64,000 bases of DNA, from positions 930,001 through 994,000 of the forward strand of contig CDLV01000013.1 in assembly GCA_001244265.2 (NCBI GenBank), written 5' to 3'. This document shows, in pieces, positions 1 through 12,920 of this stretch. A program made the position numbers and the translations under genes. Each line of letters begins with the position of its first letter. The first letter of the stretch is position 1. This stretch comes from Microbotryum violaceum (lineage: Eukaryota). The notes under the pieces were generated by a model. That model saw nothing but the letters and a program-made list of their open reading frames with translations, had not been told where the DNA came from and ran no database searches.

Positions 1-778
1 AGAAATCGAGGGGTCTTCCCCCCTCCTTACTACCCATACCTTTGCGACGCACGCCGGGAAGCTCGTAGTAAGCTCGACTTGCTGCACTTGCGAGCGATCT
101 GACCTGGCGAAAACTCCCAGCGTTGCCGGGGACAAAGATGACTGGAATTCCGGTAAGGGCGAAAGCTCTTGGAGTCGGATCGGTACTTGCAGCCCCATGG
201 CCGACATGCGGCTCGAACGGATCGTCATCCCATCCTTCCTCCCGATAGAGATACAGACCCCAGGGTCCTGCGCCTAGCCGACTGTATTCACGCCCAAAGG
301 CTGTGGAATCCGGATTCGGAGCAGGCGAGGTCAACGGCGAAGGCGACGGCGAGCGAGCCACGAAGAAGCGGGCATGAGCTTCGGGAACGCGTGACGACCA
401 CAGCCGAAAGAGAGGAAGTGACGTGCCAGAAATATGGAGATATGACGGCGACATCCAGCTTTGTCGACATGCGCCCGCTCCGCCCCCTTTTGCGTCGGGA
501 GGCAACGATCCTGGCGGATATCGCGGAGGCGAGGCGACGTGTGCGAGCAACACGGTCACCAGCGCGACAAGCGACACGAGAACGATGGCGACGAACCCAG
601 CCAAGGGGGTACGACCGAACGAGGAGCGGTTTGTGGCGGCATGAACAACATATCCAGCGCTCTTTGGTCTTGCTGTTGTCGCCGTTGTTGCGGCGTCGAG
701 CGCGTCCGGTGCGATCGTCGATCGGGTCGAGCTCAAGAGTCCCGGTTCCTGTGATGCAACTCCCGCCGGGTCCGGCAT
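1..778 (-). CDS. BST1: GPI inositol-deacylase (PGAP1/Bst1), 5' part; continues off the left edge
   Basis: Manual minus-strand translation from ATG at 778: N-terminal TM segment (FVAIVLVSLVALVTVLLA), CRQSWMSPSY, LYLYREG and GIPVIFVPGNAGSFRQVRSLAS, matching the PGAP1 family motifs. Candidate intron 301-426. Confidence 0.9.
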   Translation of the reverse strand, partial: MPDPAGVASQEPGLLSSTRSTIAPDALDAATTATTARPKSAGYVVHAATNRSSFGRTPLAGFVAIVLVSLVALVTVLLAHVASPPRYPPGSLPPDAKGGGAGACRQSWMSPSYLHISGTSLPLFRLWSSRVPEAHARFFVARSPSPSPLTSPAPNPDSTAFGREYSRLGAGPWGLYLYREEGWDDDPFEPHVGHGAASTDPTPRAFALTGIPVIFVPGNAGSFRQVRSLASAASRAYYELPGVRRKGMGSKEGGRPLDF

Positions 779-2398
779 GCGATCAACAACCGACGATTTC
801 TCGACTAGTGGCCGCCACGCAACAAAGAGTCGGCTCGACTCGACACGTTAGAAACGGCACAGGAGAGGCGGTCCAGTCAGATGAGCGTGCGGGAAGGAGG
901 AGCAGCAGCGCGTCCGTACGGCACCGGGTTGCACTATTGGTGACAAGTTGCGGTGGGAATGAAACTTCGGCAGCTTCAGCCGAGTTTCCGGCTCGCGCCG
1001 GGCCACCCTTCGCTCCGACAACAGCACCTGTTAACGACCACTTGCAATCGATTGCGAAAACTGCTGGGTACCTTAGGTTTGTACCGTGCACTTCTCTGCC
1101 TTGGTCCGCGCCGCCCATACACATCGGTCCGACTGCGCGACCTGCCGCCGGCGCTATTACTTGCCATTTGACAGTCACGGACGTCAACATTCTGGATTCT
1201 GAAACTTGCCTCGGAAATAGGATTGCGCTTTTTTTTTACGGACTACTACGAATTCTTTAATCAACTACATCTTACTTGGATGACGTACAGGGGAGTTCAT
1301 GCAGCGCTGACACCCTTGCTAAAGCGGTCTAGGCACCTACTACTCTGTATTCACTCGGCGCTAGGACTCGGCATGAAAATGAGGGTAGACGGACTGAAAT
1401 GTACAGCGAGACTTGATCGCCCTCGAGTCGAGGATTTTCAGGCACGGTGCAGTTTCCCCCCACCCCACCCACCCCAAAATAGGTGCACCGATTGGCCATG
1501 TCCGATGCACCCACCTACCCGGTTATTTAGGTACCTAGATAACCCTTAACTAATACCACGGCCACTTCCAACATACCTAATGTCACCTAGCGCCAGTAGT
1601 AGGACGCGCGGGGCTCGCGATCGATAGGGGGCAGTTCCATTTTTGAAATTTCATCAGATGTAGCAACTGCACGACCTTGCAAAATCGCCGCAGAATAGCA
1701 GACACTGCATGGTGCGTTATGGTTTCATGACGTTGCTTCACTGTAACCTTGCGTTGAGAAACATTCGAGCACGATCTGACGTCTGACAGTCACATCTAGT
1801 ACTTGAAAGAGGCTTCAGGTGCGACATCACAAGGCGGTACCTGTTTAACGGATTTTCACATAGCTCTCTAAGAACCATCCAACCAGTCTATCTCTCAAGT
1901 AGACATCATGTACAGCTTGGTTCATTATGACGGCGAGGGAAATCAGTGACGCGCCTCGGGCCTGTGCCAGCGTGGACCCGGCGGCTCTTGCGACACTCAC
2001 TACAGCACAGCAGCAGCACTTAATCCCCCCCACTCGGTCCAGCGGTGGTGTCCTCGTTCGCTCGCTTGTCTCCCGCCCGTCCCGTTGCTACGTGTTCTAC
2101 CGTCGTTTCCAGCGCGTTTCTCACGAATGACCAGGTGAGCAAGACCTCAATTCCCACCTAACGCTGCGCCGCTCAGCGCTCCACCTTGATTCCGTTCGCG
2201 ATCGCTGAGCGTTTGAGTGCTGATCGACCCGACCCCATTCCCGGCCCACGTACGGCCCACGTCGTTGACCGACAGCCGCTGCGCGTGCACACGACTTTGA
2301 GACGATGTTCGCCTGAACGCCCCCAAACCTACCCTCCGACGACTTGTTCGTCTGCGCCACCCCATTACTTCGCCCGTGCGGTTTCCCTCTCGTTCGGG

Positions 2399-5300
2399 AT
2401 GGCTCCCCACCCACTGCCGGCTCGTCCCATCCAGTCCGTGGCCGGGGCGGCGACGCCTTCGTGGCCTTCCTTGGCGCAGCCACCCTTGTCGACCGGCGCG
2501 ACTATCCACCAGCAAGCCGCTCGCAACCAGGCTGGTACGACCGGCTTCTCGACAACACTACCACCCCCTCCATCCGCTGTTCAGCCGATACCCCGGCTGC
2601 CGATGCCGCCGCCGCCGTATTCGGGACCGGCGTCAGCGGCCGCCCAGCAGTCTTTGGGCCAGGTCTATTCTCAGTCTCAGTCTCAGGGTCAAAGTGGCCC
2701 GTTGCCGCTGCCCGCGCTCGGTGCCGCGAGAAGTTCCTCGTTTCAAGGGAATGCTACGAGTCCGAATGGAAGCAACACCCCGGGATCACTACCCGCTTCA
2801 CCAAAGTGGGGCACATCAGGGCAACACTTGCCGCAGTCGCATCAGCAGCACCATCTCGCTACGCCGACGCACACTCCCAACCCCGCTTCCTCCTCAACGT
2901 TGAGTTTCGCGCTGCCGAGAGCACCGAGCATGCGCAAGGCCCTCACCAGCCAGGATGTCCGAGTCAACTCGGTCCAGGTCGACCTGCCGGGGCAAGGCCG
3001 CTGGAAAGTTCATTGGAGGGCATGGCGTGGACCAGCGTTACTCGACACTTCGGTCGCGGCACCTCCGACTCCGTCGAGCACGACAAATGTTTCCGACAAG
3101 GCGCTGGCGCCTCATCTCGGCATGCCGCTGCACGAGCACACCCCGACGGCCAAGTATGACCCTTTGGCATCCACTGCACCAACACCGACGACGACTTTGA
3201 AACGAGCCCGGTCAGCTCTCGGTGACGACGACCCTTCGACTTCGATACCGGTCGCCTCGACGAGCTCCGCGCCCGGCTTATCATTGCGAGCCAGGCTACA
3301 GGGCTTGCAGAAAGTGGATCCCAGTCAAGATCCAATAGAGCTCGCATTGAAGCAAGTCCAACGCGTAGCCGCTAATCTCACCGCGTCTGCGTCAAACACG
3401 GTCTCGTCGGCGGTGCCCTCGCTCTTCTCGTACGTCAGAATCAGCGCGGTCCGACCGATCGAGGATTTCAAGGGCAAAGGGAAGGAGAAGGCCACCGATG
3501 CGCAGGACGCGGCCGTTGGGAGGATGCTCTGGGTCTTTGGTCTATCCTCGGATTCAATCGAGCATGACCCCACTCGAGAAGCCTTGAGTGCCCTTGAGTT
3601 CGCGGACCTCATTTGTAGGTTCATGAATTGCGGAGGCTCGTGTGGCCGCGCGCGCGAGTGCTGACCCCGACGTCGCTGTATGTCACAGGTGTTGGCAAAG
3701 GCCATTTCGCGCATCGAGATGTGTTCCCAGCCATGTACGAGATGACGACGTCGCCTTCGACGAGCGACGCCAAGACGGCTCCGTCGCAGCCAGCATCTGT
3801 CGCATTGCCGCTTGCGTTGCCCGCCTCGGCGTTTCCTTCCGTGCTTTCCCTGTCCGCTCAATTCTACGCAGATCTCCCCTGCCCGGCGAGCGCGCCTCAG
3901 CCGCAAACCCGCATCTGTTCACCGTGCGAAGCATTTTTAGCCGGTTTCGGCAGTGTTATCCGCCAATCGCTGCTCGCCCAGGAAGACGGGCATTCATCCT
4001 CCGAGCTGCGGCGCCCAGCTTTGCCGCTGGGCTCAGCGATCGTTATTCTCCCGCCAGCAAGCGAGCCTTTCGGCTATAGCGGTCGCCGTATCTCGCCCGA
4101 AGCGATCAAAACGACGTTGCATTTATCCCTCAATCTACAGGGGTTGCTCGTGCGGAGCGCCGTCGAGGACGTTGCGTACCGGCCCTACCCTGTGTTGTCA
4201 GCCTCAGTGACCCCTGTTCCGACCGGTGCACCGGTGCTGCTTGCCCCATTAGGAACGCCGGCGACATTCATCAGAACTGTGGCGTCATCGTCGCATTCGT
4301 TACACACGAGCCGGGTTGATGCATCATTGCGCCAGACCTGGCTGAATGCTCTCGGCGGCTTGGACCTCGCGCTGGACGAGCATGAGCACTGGCTCGTTTG
4401 TCGGATCTTGATTCCTCCGCATGGCACCACTGCCAACATGTCACCCCAGGTCTCGGTTTCCTCACCAGAACACCTCGACGTCATGTGGCCGGCCAGCCTC
4501 TGCCTACTTGATGGCACTCGGTCACAACCGTTGCGGTCACCTCAAAGCACCCCGCCTCGCCCAAAGGCGGTCGACCTCGTCGATTCTTTGTCTCTGGACC
4601 CTTTCGTACGCACCACTTTTGAAACGGGACTCAGCTCTCCCGACGTTTTGACACGCCAACAATTGGCGGCGGCCCTCCATCGGGGGCTCGCCGCAGACGC
4701 GGTGAACCCTCACAAGTCGTCGTCATCTACGACGTACCATGACCCCATACGAGCTCGCGTAGAGCAGGTGGGCACCCTATTCGTGGAGCTTCAAGAACAA
4801 CGGGAGCAACGACTCCGGCTCGACCGGGAAGCCGAGGCCGTGCGAGCTTCCACTGTCGCTGCGGCGACGACCGCACCCCCGCGTCGCCGCCCGTTGCCGA
4901 ACCTGGGAAACTTAATTCCACAGCTGCGCCGATCAGCATGCGTACTCCAATCTCCCTCGTTGGGGGGTCCACCGAGGCGCTAAGCCCGGGAGACGCGTTC
5001 AGCGCCGCCGAGCGCAGCTTGATGAGTGCCCTCGGGGAGGCGCCATTTGCCTCCACCGACCCGGCGACGATGCAGGCGTCGAACGCGTCGGCGCTGACGA
5101 CGATTAAAAATGCCGAAATGGACCATCTCTATCCCTCTCCCTTCGAAGCCCCGAATGCGCTACCAATTGTCAGCGAGGGCGTCGGAAGTGATAGCGTGAT
5201 GAACACGGTCGAGCTGGGGTCCTCGCACGACGCCACCTTTCCAAACTTTGACTGGGGCGAGGACTTCAGCGCCGGACAGAACCCCGGACTCCGTCACAAT

Positions 5301-8300
5301 CAAGACTTCGACGACGGGATGATGATGGACTTGAACGATGACGACTTCTCCTTTTTCGACGACCCCGCGCCCTTACCGACGTCACTTCCGCTTGGAACTC
5401 TGGCCGGCCTGCAGTCGCCAGGCCCAAGCCCCAAGTTCTTGGATCACTTCAGTCACCTTGGCTCAGGAGCCACGCCGTTTCCTTCGGTGGCGAGCCCGGC
5501 TTCGCCTTCGTTGGGAATAGCTTCGCCAAATGTGCACACCTCACCCGCCGTGCTCAGCTTCAGCTTTGACAACAGCCAAAGTCACAATGCGCTCGGTCTC
5601 GGGGGCACAACGCCTCGCGCTCAACTTGCAGAGCAATCGCCTTTCAAGACTCCGCGGACTCCGTACACTCCATATGTTGAAGTCGTCGATGAGGAGAACG
5701 AGCCCGAGAGTGCCCACAGTGGTACCCATGCTACTGCCACGGTATCGGTGGCAGGTACGCCAGCCTCGACTGCACTCGCGCTGAAGAAGTTGACCCAGTT
5801 TGAGGCGGTCCCGTTTGGAAGCTCTCACGCCAAGGCAGATGATCGCTACGATCCTCGCAAAGGCAAATTTGGACTCCCTAGCCCCGGCTGGGATCATAAG
5901 GAACTTCCCATGGGAAATATGTCAAACGCGTTGGCGTCAGGCGTACCCTGGTTAACCGCAATGTGCGATCCGCGCGCCAATGCCGCTCGACAGCTCAAGC
6001 AGAAGCGCACACCATCTCTGGCCAAGAAGCGCCCAGGCACGGACGGCACCTCATATCCATGTGCACGGGTCCAAACACGAGACCGAAAATGGATTCGCTT
6101 CACCGAAGTTGACAGCGACAACCCAGGAGAGGAGGACAGCGAGGATGACGACATGGATGGGCCCGTTGAGCCGCAGCACCATGGTGGAGATGACCTTGTC
6201 GCCACGGAGACAGGCCCTTCCCATCGAGCTCCAGAGAATTTCTTCGGCTCGGGCTTGTTGATTCTTCGGGACCATCTCAACCGCATGCTGTCCACCACAG
6301 GTGCCAAAGTGGATATCATAGCGCCTGTGCCCGTGGCGACGAAGGCGACGAAGGCAGCAGAACATGCGCTTGAAACTACTGTCGGGCTCATGGCGGATCA
6401 GACTCTACACAACCCTGATTTCCGCAACAGGTCCGCTGCCTTGAAGGTGCGCAGCAAGTCGAGCGGCGCGAAGGGTGAGTCGACCGAGAGTTTGAATGGC
6501 GATGAGATGCGCGGTCCTGACGCCGTAGTGCCTTTATTCACAGCTTCGTCAATTGCAACCCGGATCGTCTACAATCTCCTCACTCGGGTCGCGCCCAACC
6601 CGGATCCACTGCCACTGTCGACTCTCCACGCTCCGACGCTACTCTTACGAGCCCAGCAAACGATCATGCAGCTCAGCACGTCGGCGCTGGACTTCTGGAA
6701 CCCGATGGGTTTTGAGCCTCTGTCCGGTCCCAAGGACGTAACAGCCTTTGCAGTATTCGAAGAACTCAATACTGATACAAGGGAGGCCGTCGCAAGTTGG
6801 CTTGACGACGTTTCGGAAGGCTATCAAAGTTCTCGCCTTGGTCGGCATGAACTGGGGCACATTGCAGCCTCGGGGACGTTCTCTGGAGTTGAGAATGGCT
6901 TGGCCGCGCTGCCAGTAGGAGCATTGTCGAGGGTGAGGGATGACTACAAAGGAATGGGTGAGTAGCATGTCGCTCCGAGGTCTCTTCTTGCTCTCACTTA
7001 AGTTGAACGCTGAACTTCCCAACCTCGCTCTGCAGCCAACCACTTGGTCGATGCGGCGCGCACTCGAAAGCATGTTGTGATTTATCTACTCGACCCATCC
7101 GAGGCATCTCGGACCTCTGCCTCTGCGGCGCCATCCATTATTGCAGCATTGGCGCACATACTCAAGTCACGCGCAAGCACCATGTCACTGGTCGTCTACC
7201 CCCTACCGCTCTCGACCGTGTCACGCTGGAGGTCCATCGCGTCGGCCGACTCGATTGCCGCTCGCCTGCGACGCCTCGCTTTCGCTGTGTATGATACCCT
7301 GCTTGTATCCGTTTCGAGCCTTCCAGCACCAGTCCCGGAAACATTCCCTTCGTCGCAAATCGGCAGACATCCGGTGCTCGGTCCTCTGACTCGTCTTTAC
7401 CAGAGCCCCGCCATCACCGCTTCGCCGGTGCGGGAGACTTCCATCGAGTTCGCGCTTGTGTGGCCGCCCTCGAGTCTTGAAGTCCTGCATCGGCACCGAC
7501 TGTTGCACGTTGCTTATGGATGCTTTCGCGCCCCCGCCGAAGGCGAACGCGGTCCTGCCCTCGAGTGGATCGTCATTTCTGGTATCGATGAAAAGGGCGA
7601 GACGTGGAAGTCGGTCCCACAGATTGTGCGCTACCCGCCGCAAATGCAGCTGGAGGAGGCGAGGGCGCGCCAAGTATGGAAAGCAGCCAAGTCGCTTCAT
7701 GATACCGCTGATATCGAATGGAGGGTCGTCGTCACCAAACTCGGGAACATGTCGAAAGAGGAAATTATCGGTGAGCCGGATTTGGACGTATTCTCCGCAG
7801 TGGCGCATTAGAGCAACCGACTGACACTGGCCGTCCGTTACTTATCAGCGTGGGATAAGATCAGCCGAGACATCATCAGCGCACTGAGAAGACCTTTGCA
7901 TATCACCATCTCTTGTGCTGAGATCGGTCCAGCGCTGTCGATGTTGCCAGTGCTCCACGAAGCTTCCGAGCACACCAGCTCGCCGATGTCCGAGGAGGGC
8001 GAGCTCGGGGCCGGCAACGACGCTGGAACGACCATGTCACCGGCGCTAGGTAGGAGTCATGCAGGCCGTACGAGAAACCAAAGCAAGCCCATTCATCTCG
8101 ACTCTGGCACATGCCTCTTCGTGCATACGCCGAACCATCCCATCACCTTTGACACGTCCGCCAGTCTGGTCGCCCCGGCCAGCTCGTTCCTCATTCACGC
8201 CCCTCGTCTGCCGACGTTCGCCCAAGCACCTTTCCAACCGTTCATGCCCGCCAGCCCGGCAATATCGGTGCTTGCTCTCCACGTACTTTCCTCAGCCTGT

Positions 8301-8471
8301 ACCAAAACTTCGACCCTGCGTATCGATCTCTCGCAACATGTGGCGGATATCATGCAGAGCTTTGCTGATCTCGCCGCGCTCGGACATGCGCGCTGGGGCG
8401 CATCCGGTCGAGTACCCTGGCACCTGGAGGCCGTAGCAAGCGTTTTGGACATCTTGGCCGCCCTGACCTGA
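2399..8471 (+). CDS. MED13: Mediator subunit 13 (Med13/Ssn2/Srb9), multi-exon, apparent frameshift near 4875
   Basis: Chained ORFs 2186-3664, 3628-4983, 4938-6965, 7044-7811, 7896-8471 with GT-AG introns. Motifs PVLLAPLG, WPASLC, DFSFFD, FWNPMGFEPLSGPKDVTAF, LHVAY, WRVVVTKLG and C-terminal PWHL are typical of Med13. Start codon uncertain. Confidence 0.85.
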
Positions 8472-8747
8472 ACCTTCCTTCTCTCTCGTCTGAACAATCG
8501 ATTCGCATTTCCGCTGGCATATACCCGGCCACCCCTGATTACGTTTTTTGTTTCTTACGTGGCGTCGCAACTTGTCTTTTCGTAGGAACCGTTTCTTCGC
8601 ACTCTGCAGGACTCTTAGCAAACGCAAGGACCCATATGATACAAATATCGTCATGACCAAGTGTAATTACTTGTTTTTGCACACCTTTCGGGTCTTCACT
8701 AAAGCTGACCCAGTGTCCACCCGAACCCCAAGAAGCAGTGGAGGAGT

Positions 8748-10333
8748 TTAAGCCGCAGATTTGAATTCGTACCCTCCTTCCCGCCTGATCATGCGATGCG
8801 AGAGAGAAGCGAGTACGGTTTCACCCTGTTGAAGTCCTGCTTCAATCTGATCGCCTTCCACGACTTGACTGACCCCCTCGGGCGTACCTGATTCGGGCAA
8901 TTCAGCGGCTCTCGCGTGAGTTGATAATCAACCTAGCACCATCGAGAGGTCAGAATGCCTACCGGTCAAGATCAAGTCGCCTTCCTCCAGCCGCATGATG
9001 GACGAGCAATGTTCAATCAGTCGATCGATCTTGTACAGCATCAACGACGTCGGTCCGTCCTGCCGGGTTTCTCCATTGACCTTTGAGCCGCAAAATAAAG
9101 TTGGGTGTCAGAGAAGACAGAGCACCCGGACCGAAAAGAATGAGCATCAGCCCTTTGCTATCCTTTGTGGATTCAGAAAAGTTTGCCTTTACCTTGTACC
9201 ACAATCTCAGCTGATGCGGATCCTTGACCTCGTCTTTGGAGATGAACCTCGATACCGGGCTGTTGCAGATGCGAACAGTTGACCGCAGTGGGTCAGACTT
9301 GAGCAAAATCAGACAACGGGTCAACTTGTTGAGGGAGAAACGAACCACCAGGTGTCCATGCCTTTGGCGGCGGACCAAGGAAGACCCTTTTTTTTGACTG
9401 TGTCCTGCATGTTGCGGCCCGTGTAGTCAATTGCGAGCGTGTATCCGGCGACGTGCTGCATCGCCGAAGCGAAAGAAATGTCCCGACCACCCTTGCCAAT
9501 CACAACGCCAAGCTCGACCCTTGGAGTGCAACGTTCGGTTGAGCGAGGTTACAACGACTCTTTACACCGCGGACTCGAGCACGTTTCGTGTAGACCTACT
9601 CGTGGTGGACCTTGACGCCTCGAGGAACTTCGACGGGCTCCTTGTCGGCATTGTACTGCCGAGTGCCGGGCAGACGAGGATTTCACTTGCGCGTCAACAC
9701 AGGTTGAAAGTGTGAGCATGCGAGAGGTGGTCCTGCACTCACACTCGTGGTAGGCTTTAGGAAGAAGAAAGGCTCGGTCGGGGTTGTGCTGTTGAAAGCC
9801 GGACGGATCCGGCGCAAGCAGAGCCGTCGGGTAGGTTCGAAGGTGGGGTCAAAAGCGAGGTTCGAGCATGAGTGGCAGCTCTAGGCGGGGCGGGCAGAGC
9901 TAGAGGGTAGCACAAGCTCACTTGTTTAACTCGGCGATGTGAGCGGCATAGTTGCTGTGGTGGTGGGTGTGGCAACTTTGTGAGCTGCGCTCGGTGGCCT
10001 AGACGGACGAAGACGACGGAGTTTGCCAGCTTCGACTGTATGAGCCCAAGCCTGGACGTACCGGCCGATCGCGATGATCTAGCGAGGTGTAAAGACGAAG
10101 GCCTGGGTTAGTGCCTTCCATCTTTGCTACCCTGGAGTTCTGCGAATCGCCGGACGTCCGACGCCGGATCCAAACTTCCTCGACTCGCCCGACGTCAGCC
10201 GCGGCGCACAGCCGGTGCGAGGGCTGCCAGGGCAGGAGTGGGCGCAGATGCAGAGGTGCATGATGGGCTACAGATTGCCGAGAGAGCCGCTCACCTTCTT
10301 GCCCGACGTGCGAAACTCGGCAGCAATCGACAT
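8748..10333 (-). CDS. Fumarylacetoacetate hydrolase-domain protein (FAHD1/Fmp41-like), many small exons
   Basis: Spliced reading MSIAAEFRTSGKK|IIAIGR|NYAAHIAELN|..EPFFFLKPT..VHHE..GYTLAIDYTGRNMQ..GLPWSAAKGMDT..LEEGDLILTG, a FAHD1 signature. Confidence 0.9.
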
Positions 10334-10920
10334 GATGGGCGAATAGGGTCACGGCTCGAAGCAAAGAAGCCGGTCGGCTTTCCGGTCGGCCGTGGGAGCG
10401 CCGGTGCGTGGGGGTTCCGGTTACGTTGCCAGACGTTGACTGAGACTCTTGTTGACTAGGAGTCGTTGACTCGCAGAACCGCGAAGTAGGTGACTCCGAG
10501 TCCTACCGTTCGAGAGCACCATCTCGAGATCAACCGAAAAAGTAGAGAAAACTCGCACACGAATCCGTCCCCGGTTTTCACCATCCTCATCGGGCTCTTC
10601 AAGCGATTGTCGGCGCGAGTTCCCCGGATTAGCTGTCAACTTGGTGGCAACCAGATCGAGTACCGATCTCGGTGACCAAAGAGTACAGTACAGCCTCTAA
10701 ATGAATCAAGCTTTCTTTGCGTGCAATGTTTATGGGACAGCGGCGGGGAAAGTGTCTAACAAACATGTGATTACGGGTAGGAACATAGGGCTTGAGAGGG
10801 AGACCGAGGGGATTCAAGCTTGAATATGATGCTTGACAGGGAAATTAGATATATAAAGTAGGAGATTTGCATAGGAAAATCATGAAATTTGGGCGAGGTC
10901 ACGCCGGCCGAGGAGTTCGT

Positions 10921-12000
10921 TTAGGCATTGAGTGCGCCGCCGAACCCGTTTCCGGATCGAGCCGATCGGGCGCCAACGACGACGATGGCAGCGAGAGCAA
11001 TCGTGCTGAGGATCCAGTTGATCCACCCGAAAGCTTCGGCAGATTGGAGCTGGCTGCAGTGACCAAGGCCACGGGCCCCGCAGTTGCCGAGCTTGCGGAA
11101 ACCGTCCGTAACAGCGGCCGATCCGGCGAGCCAGAAGAGCCAGGTCAACGCGAGCCAAGCACCATGCGACGCGATCGAGAAGAGGAAAGAACTCGACGAC
11201 CTGACGACACCTGTAGGAAGACGGAATGTCAGAGTCAACAATGGTTCCCGTGACAAGCTGGACTGCCCTGGACCGAAATAAATGACCAGACCCGAGGGGC
11301 CGCACGGCGCGCTTACCAACGATGTATGCGATACCGAAGAACAAGGTCCAGAGCGAGGTGAAGAGCAAGAAGCGGGTCCTGACACGATACCGAAAGAGAG
11401 CAAGCGGATGCTTGTGATTAGCCATCGTCCTCTGCGAGTCAAGTCCGCCAACCCCGTTCGAGAGGTCTTGACGACATCGATTGGCGGCCCGTCATGGCTC
11501 ACGATCCCTTGAGCAAGCTAGACGGGTAGTCGTCATTGCGGTTGTAGGATCCGACCAAGACGGCCGTTTGAATCATCTCGGCGAAGGAGAAGAAGATCAT
11601 CAGGCCGAACACGATCTGGGACGGGCCGCGCATAAGGGGGTGCCTTGTCAGCCACGGGACACTCGGATGACTCGCTTGGCGTTGGAGAAGGAGAAGAGGG
11701 GTGCTTACGGGGTGACCGCGTTTCTGTCATAGGTGATACAAAGGTGAACATGCGAGAATCATTTAAACGACGTGGGGGAATGGTGAAGGTCGGGTTGCGC
11801 AAAGCTCGGCGTCAGTTTTCATTCCAGCGGTCTGGCTCGCACCGCCATCGCAGGAACCCGGGCAGGCCGAAGGCAGGGACGACCGCTTTCGGGTCTTTGT
11901 TCGATCGCCCTCGCCCGAACGCTGCCGTCGGCTGACAGCGGTGCACGGCTGAAACTGGTAAGATGGTGGGGTCACGTACGATGATGGAGTCGAGAGACAT
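10921..12000 (-). CDS. MARVEL-domain four-TM membrane protein
   Basis: Spliced MSLDSII|KRGHP|IVFGLMIFFSFAE..RFLLFTSLWT..SIASH..LTWLFWLAGSAA..C..LQSAEAFGWINW; typical fungal MARVEL pattern with a 15-nt micro-exon. Confidence 0.8.
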
Positions 12001-12920
12001 GCTTGATGGATTATAGAGAGGACGGGGCCTTGGAGGTAGAGTTGAGCCGGTAAGAGCTGAAGCTGCGAGGTGAGGGTTGCGAGGTGAGGACAGAGGAGGC
12101 GAGAGCAAAGAGGGATCAAAGTCTGCGCCGGGGCTTCCGGGCTGATGACTCGCAAGTCGCCTCAGGTTGCCTCATCGTCAGTCGCCTCGGGCTCGGGCTG
12201 ACCTGCGGCGCGCGCGACGTCATTATTTTGCCCCGGCGAACTCGATCGAGTCGTGCGGGCACCGAAACAAATCATTCAATATGTGCATCTTTGGTTGCAA
12301 GTCTTGATTGCTGCAAGTCATGATCTGATCGTACTTGGCTCAATGCCAGGTGCCTAGGCAGGGCCCCATGACGCCTCGGGTATCGCCGTATCGGGGCCCT
12401 CGGTCTTGTCTTCCACCTCCACAAATACTACTAGATTCTGCGCTCGCTCCGCTTTAGGCAGTCGCTGCCCCTTTGCTGCCCCTGCGAGCTCGGACCGGCG
12501 CGAATTGGTCGACTCTCCATCGAGATAATTTTCAGAGTGCAGGACGATGAACCCCTTGACATAGACGCGTGTGTTCGAATACGGGAGAAAGTCATTGTTA
12601 CAAATCGAGCCCATCCTCGACGAGGGTGGTCTGAACAAACGGCAATGCACACATGAGGGAATCCTAGGAAATCAGAACCTCCCACACAGAGGAGCAAGCG
12701 CCCAAAGAGCGACTCGCCATGGAGAATGGACCATCAAACCACATGATAAAATGATGACGCCTTGTCCTTTTATGAGGTAGAGAGTTGCAGTGGATAGGAG
12801 AGGAAGATCGTGTGCGCGCACGCAACGAATAACTGCCAATGAGAGGAGGACAGGCGGAAGAAAAGAGCAGAGTTGAGCGAGAGGGGTGCATGGGGGTTGC
12901 GCATCATTGTCGGCGTCGAT

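Noticed and set aside
169-1260. 363-aa plus-strand ORF
   Set aside because: Antisense shadow of BST1 and its promoter; TTG start; no recognisable motifs.
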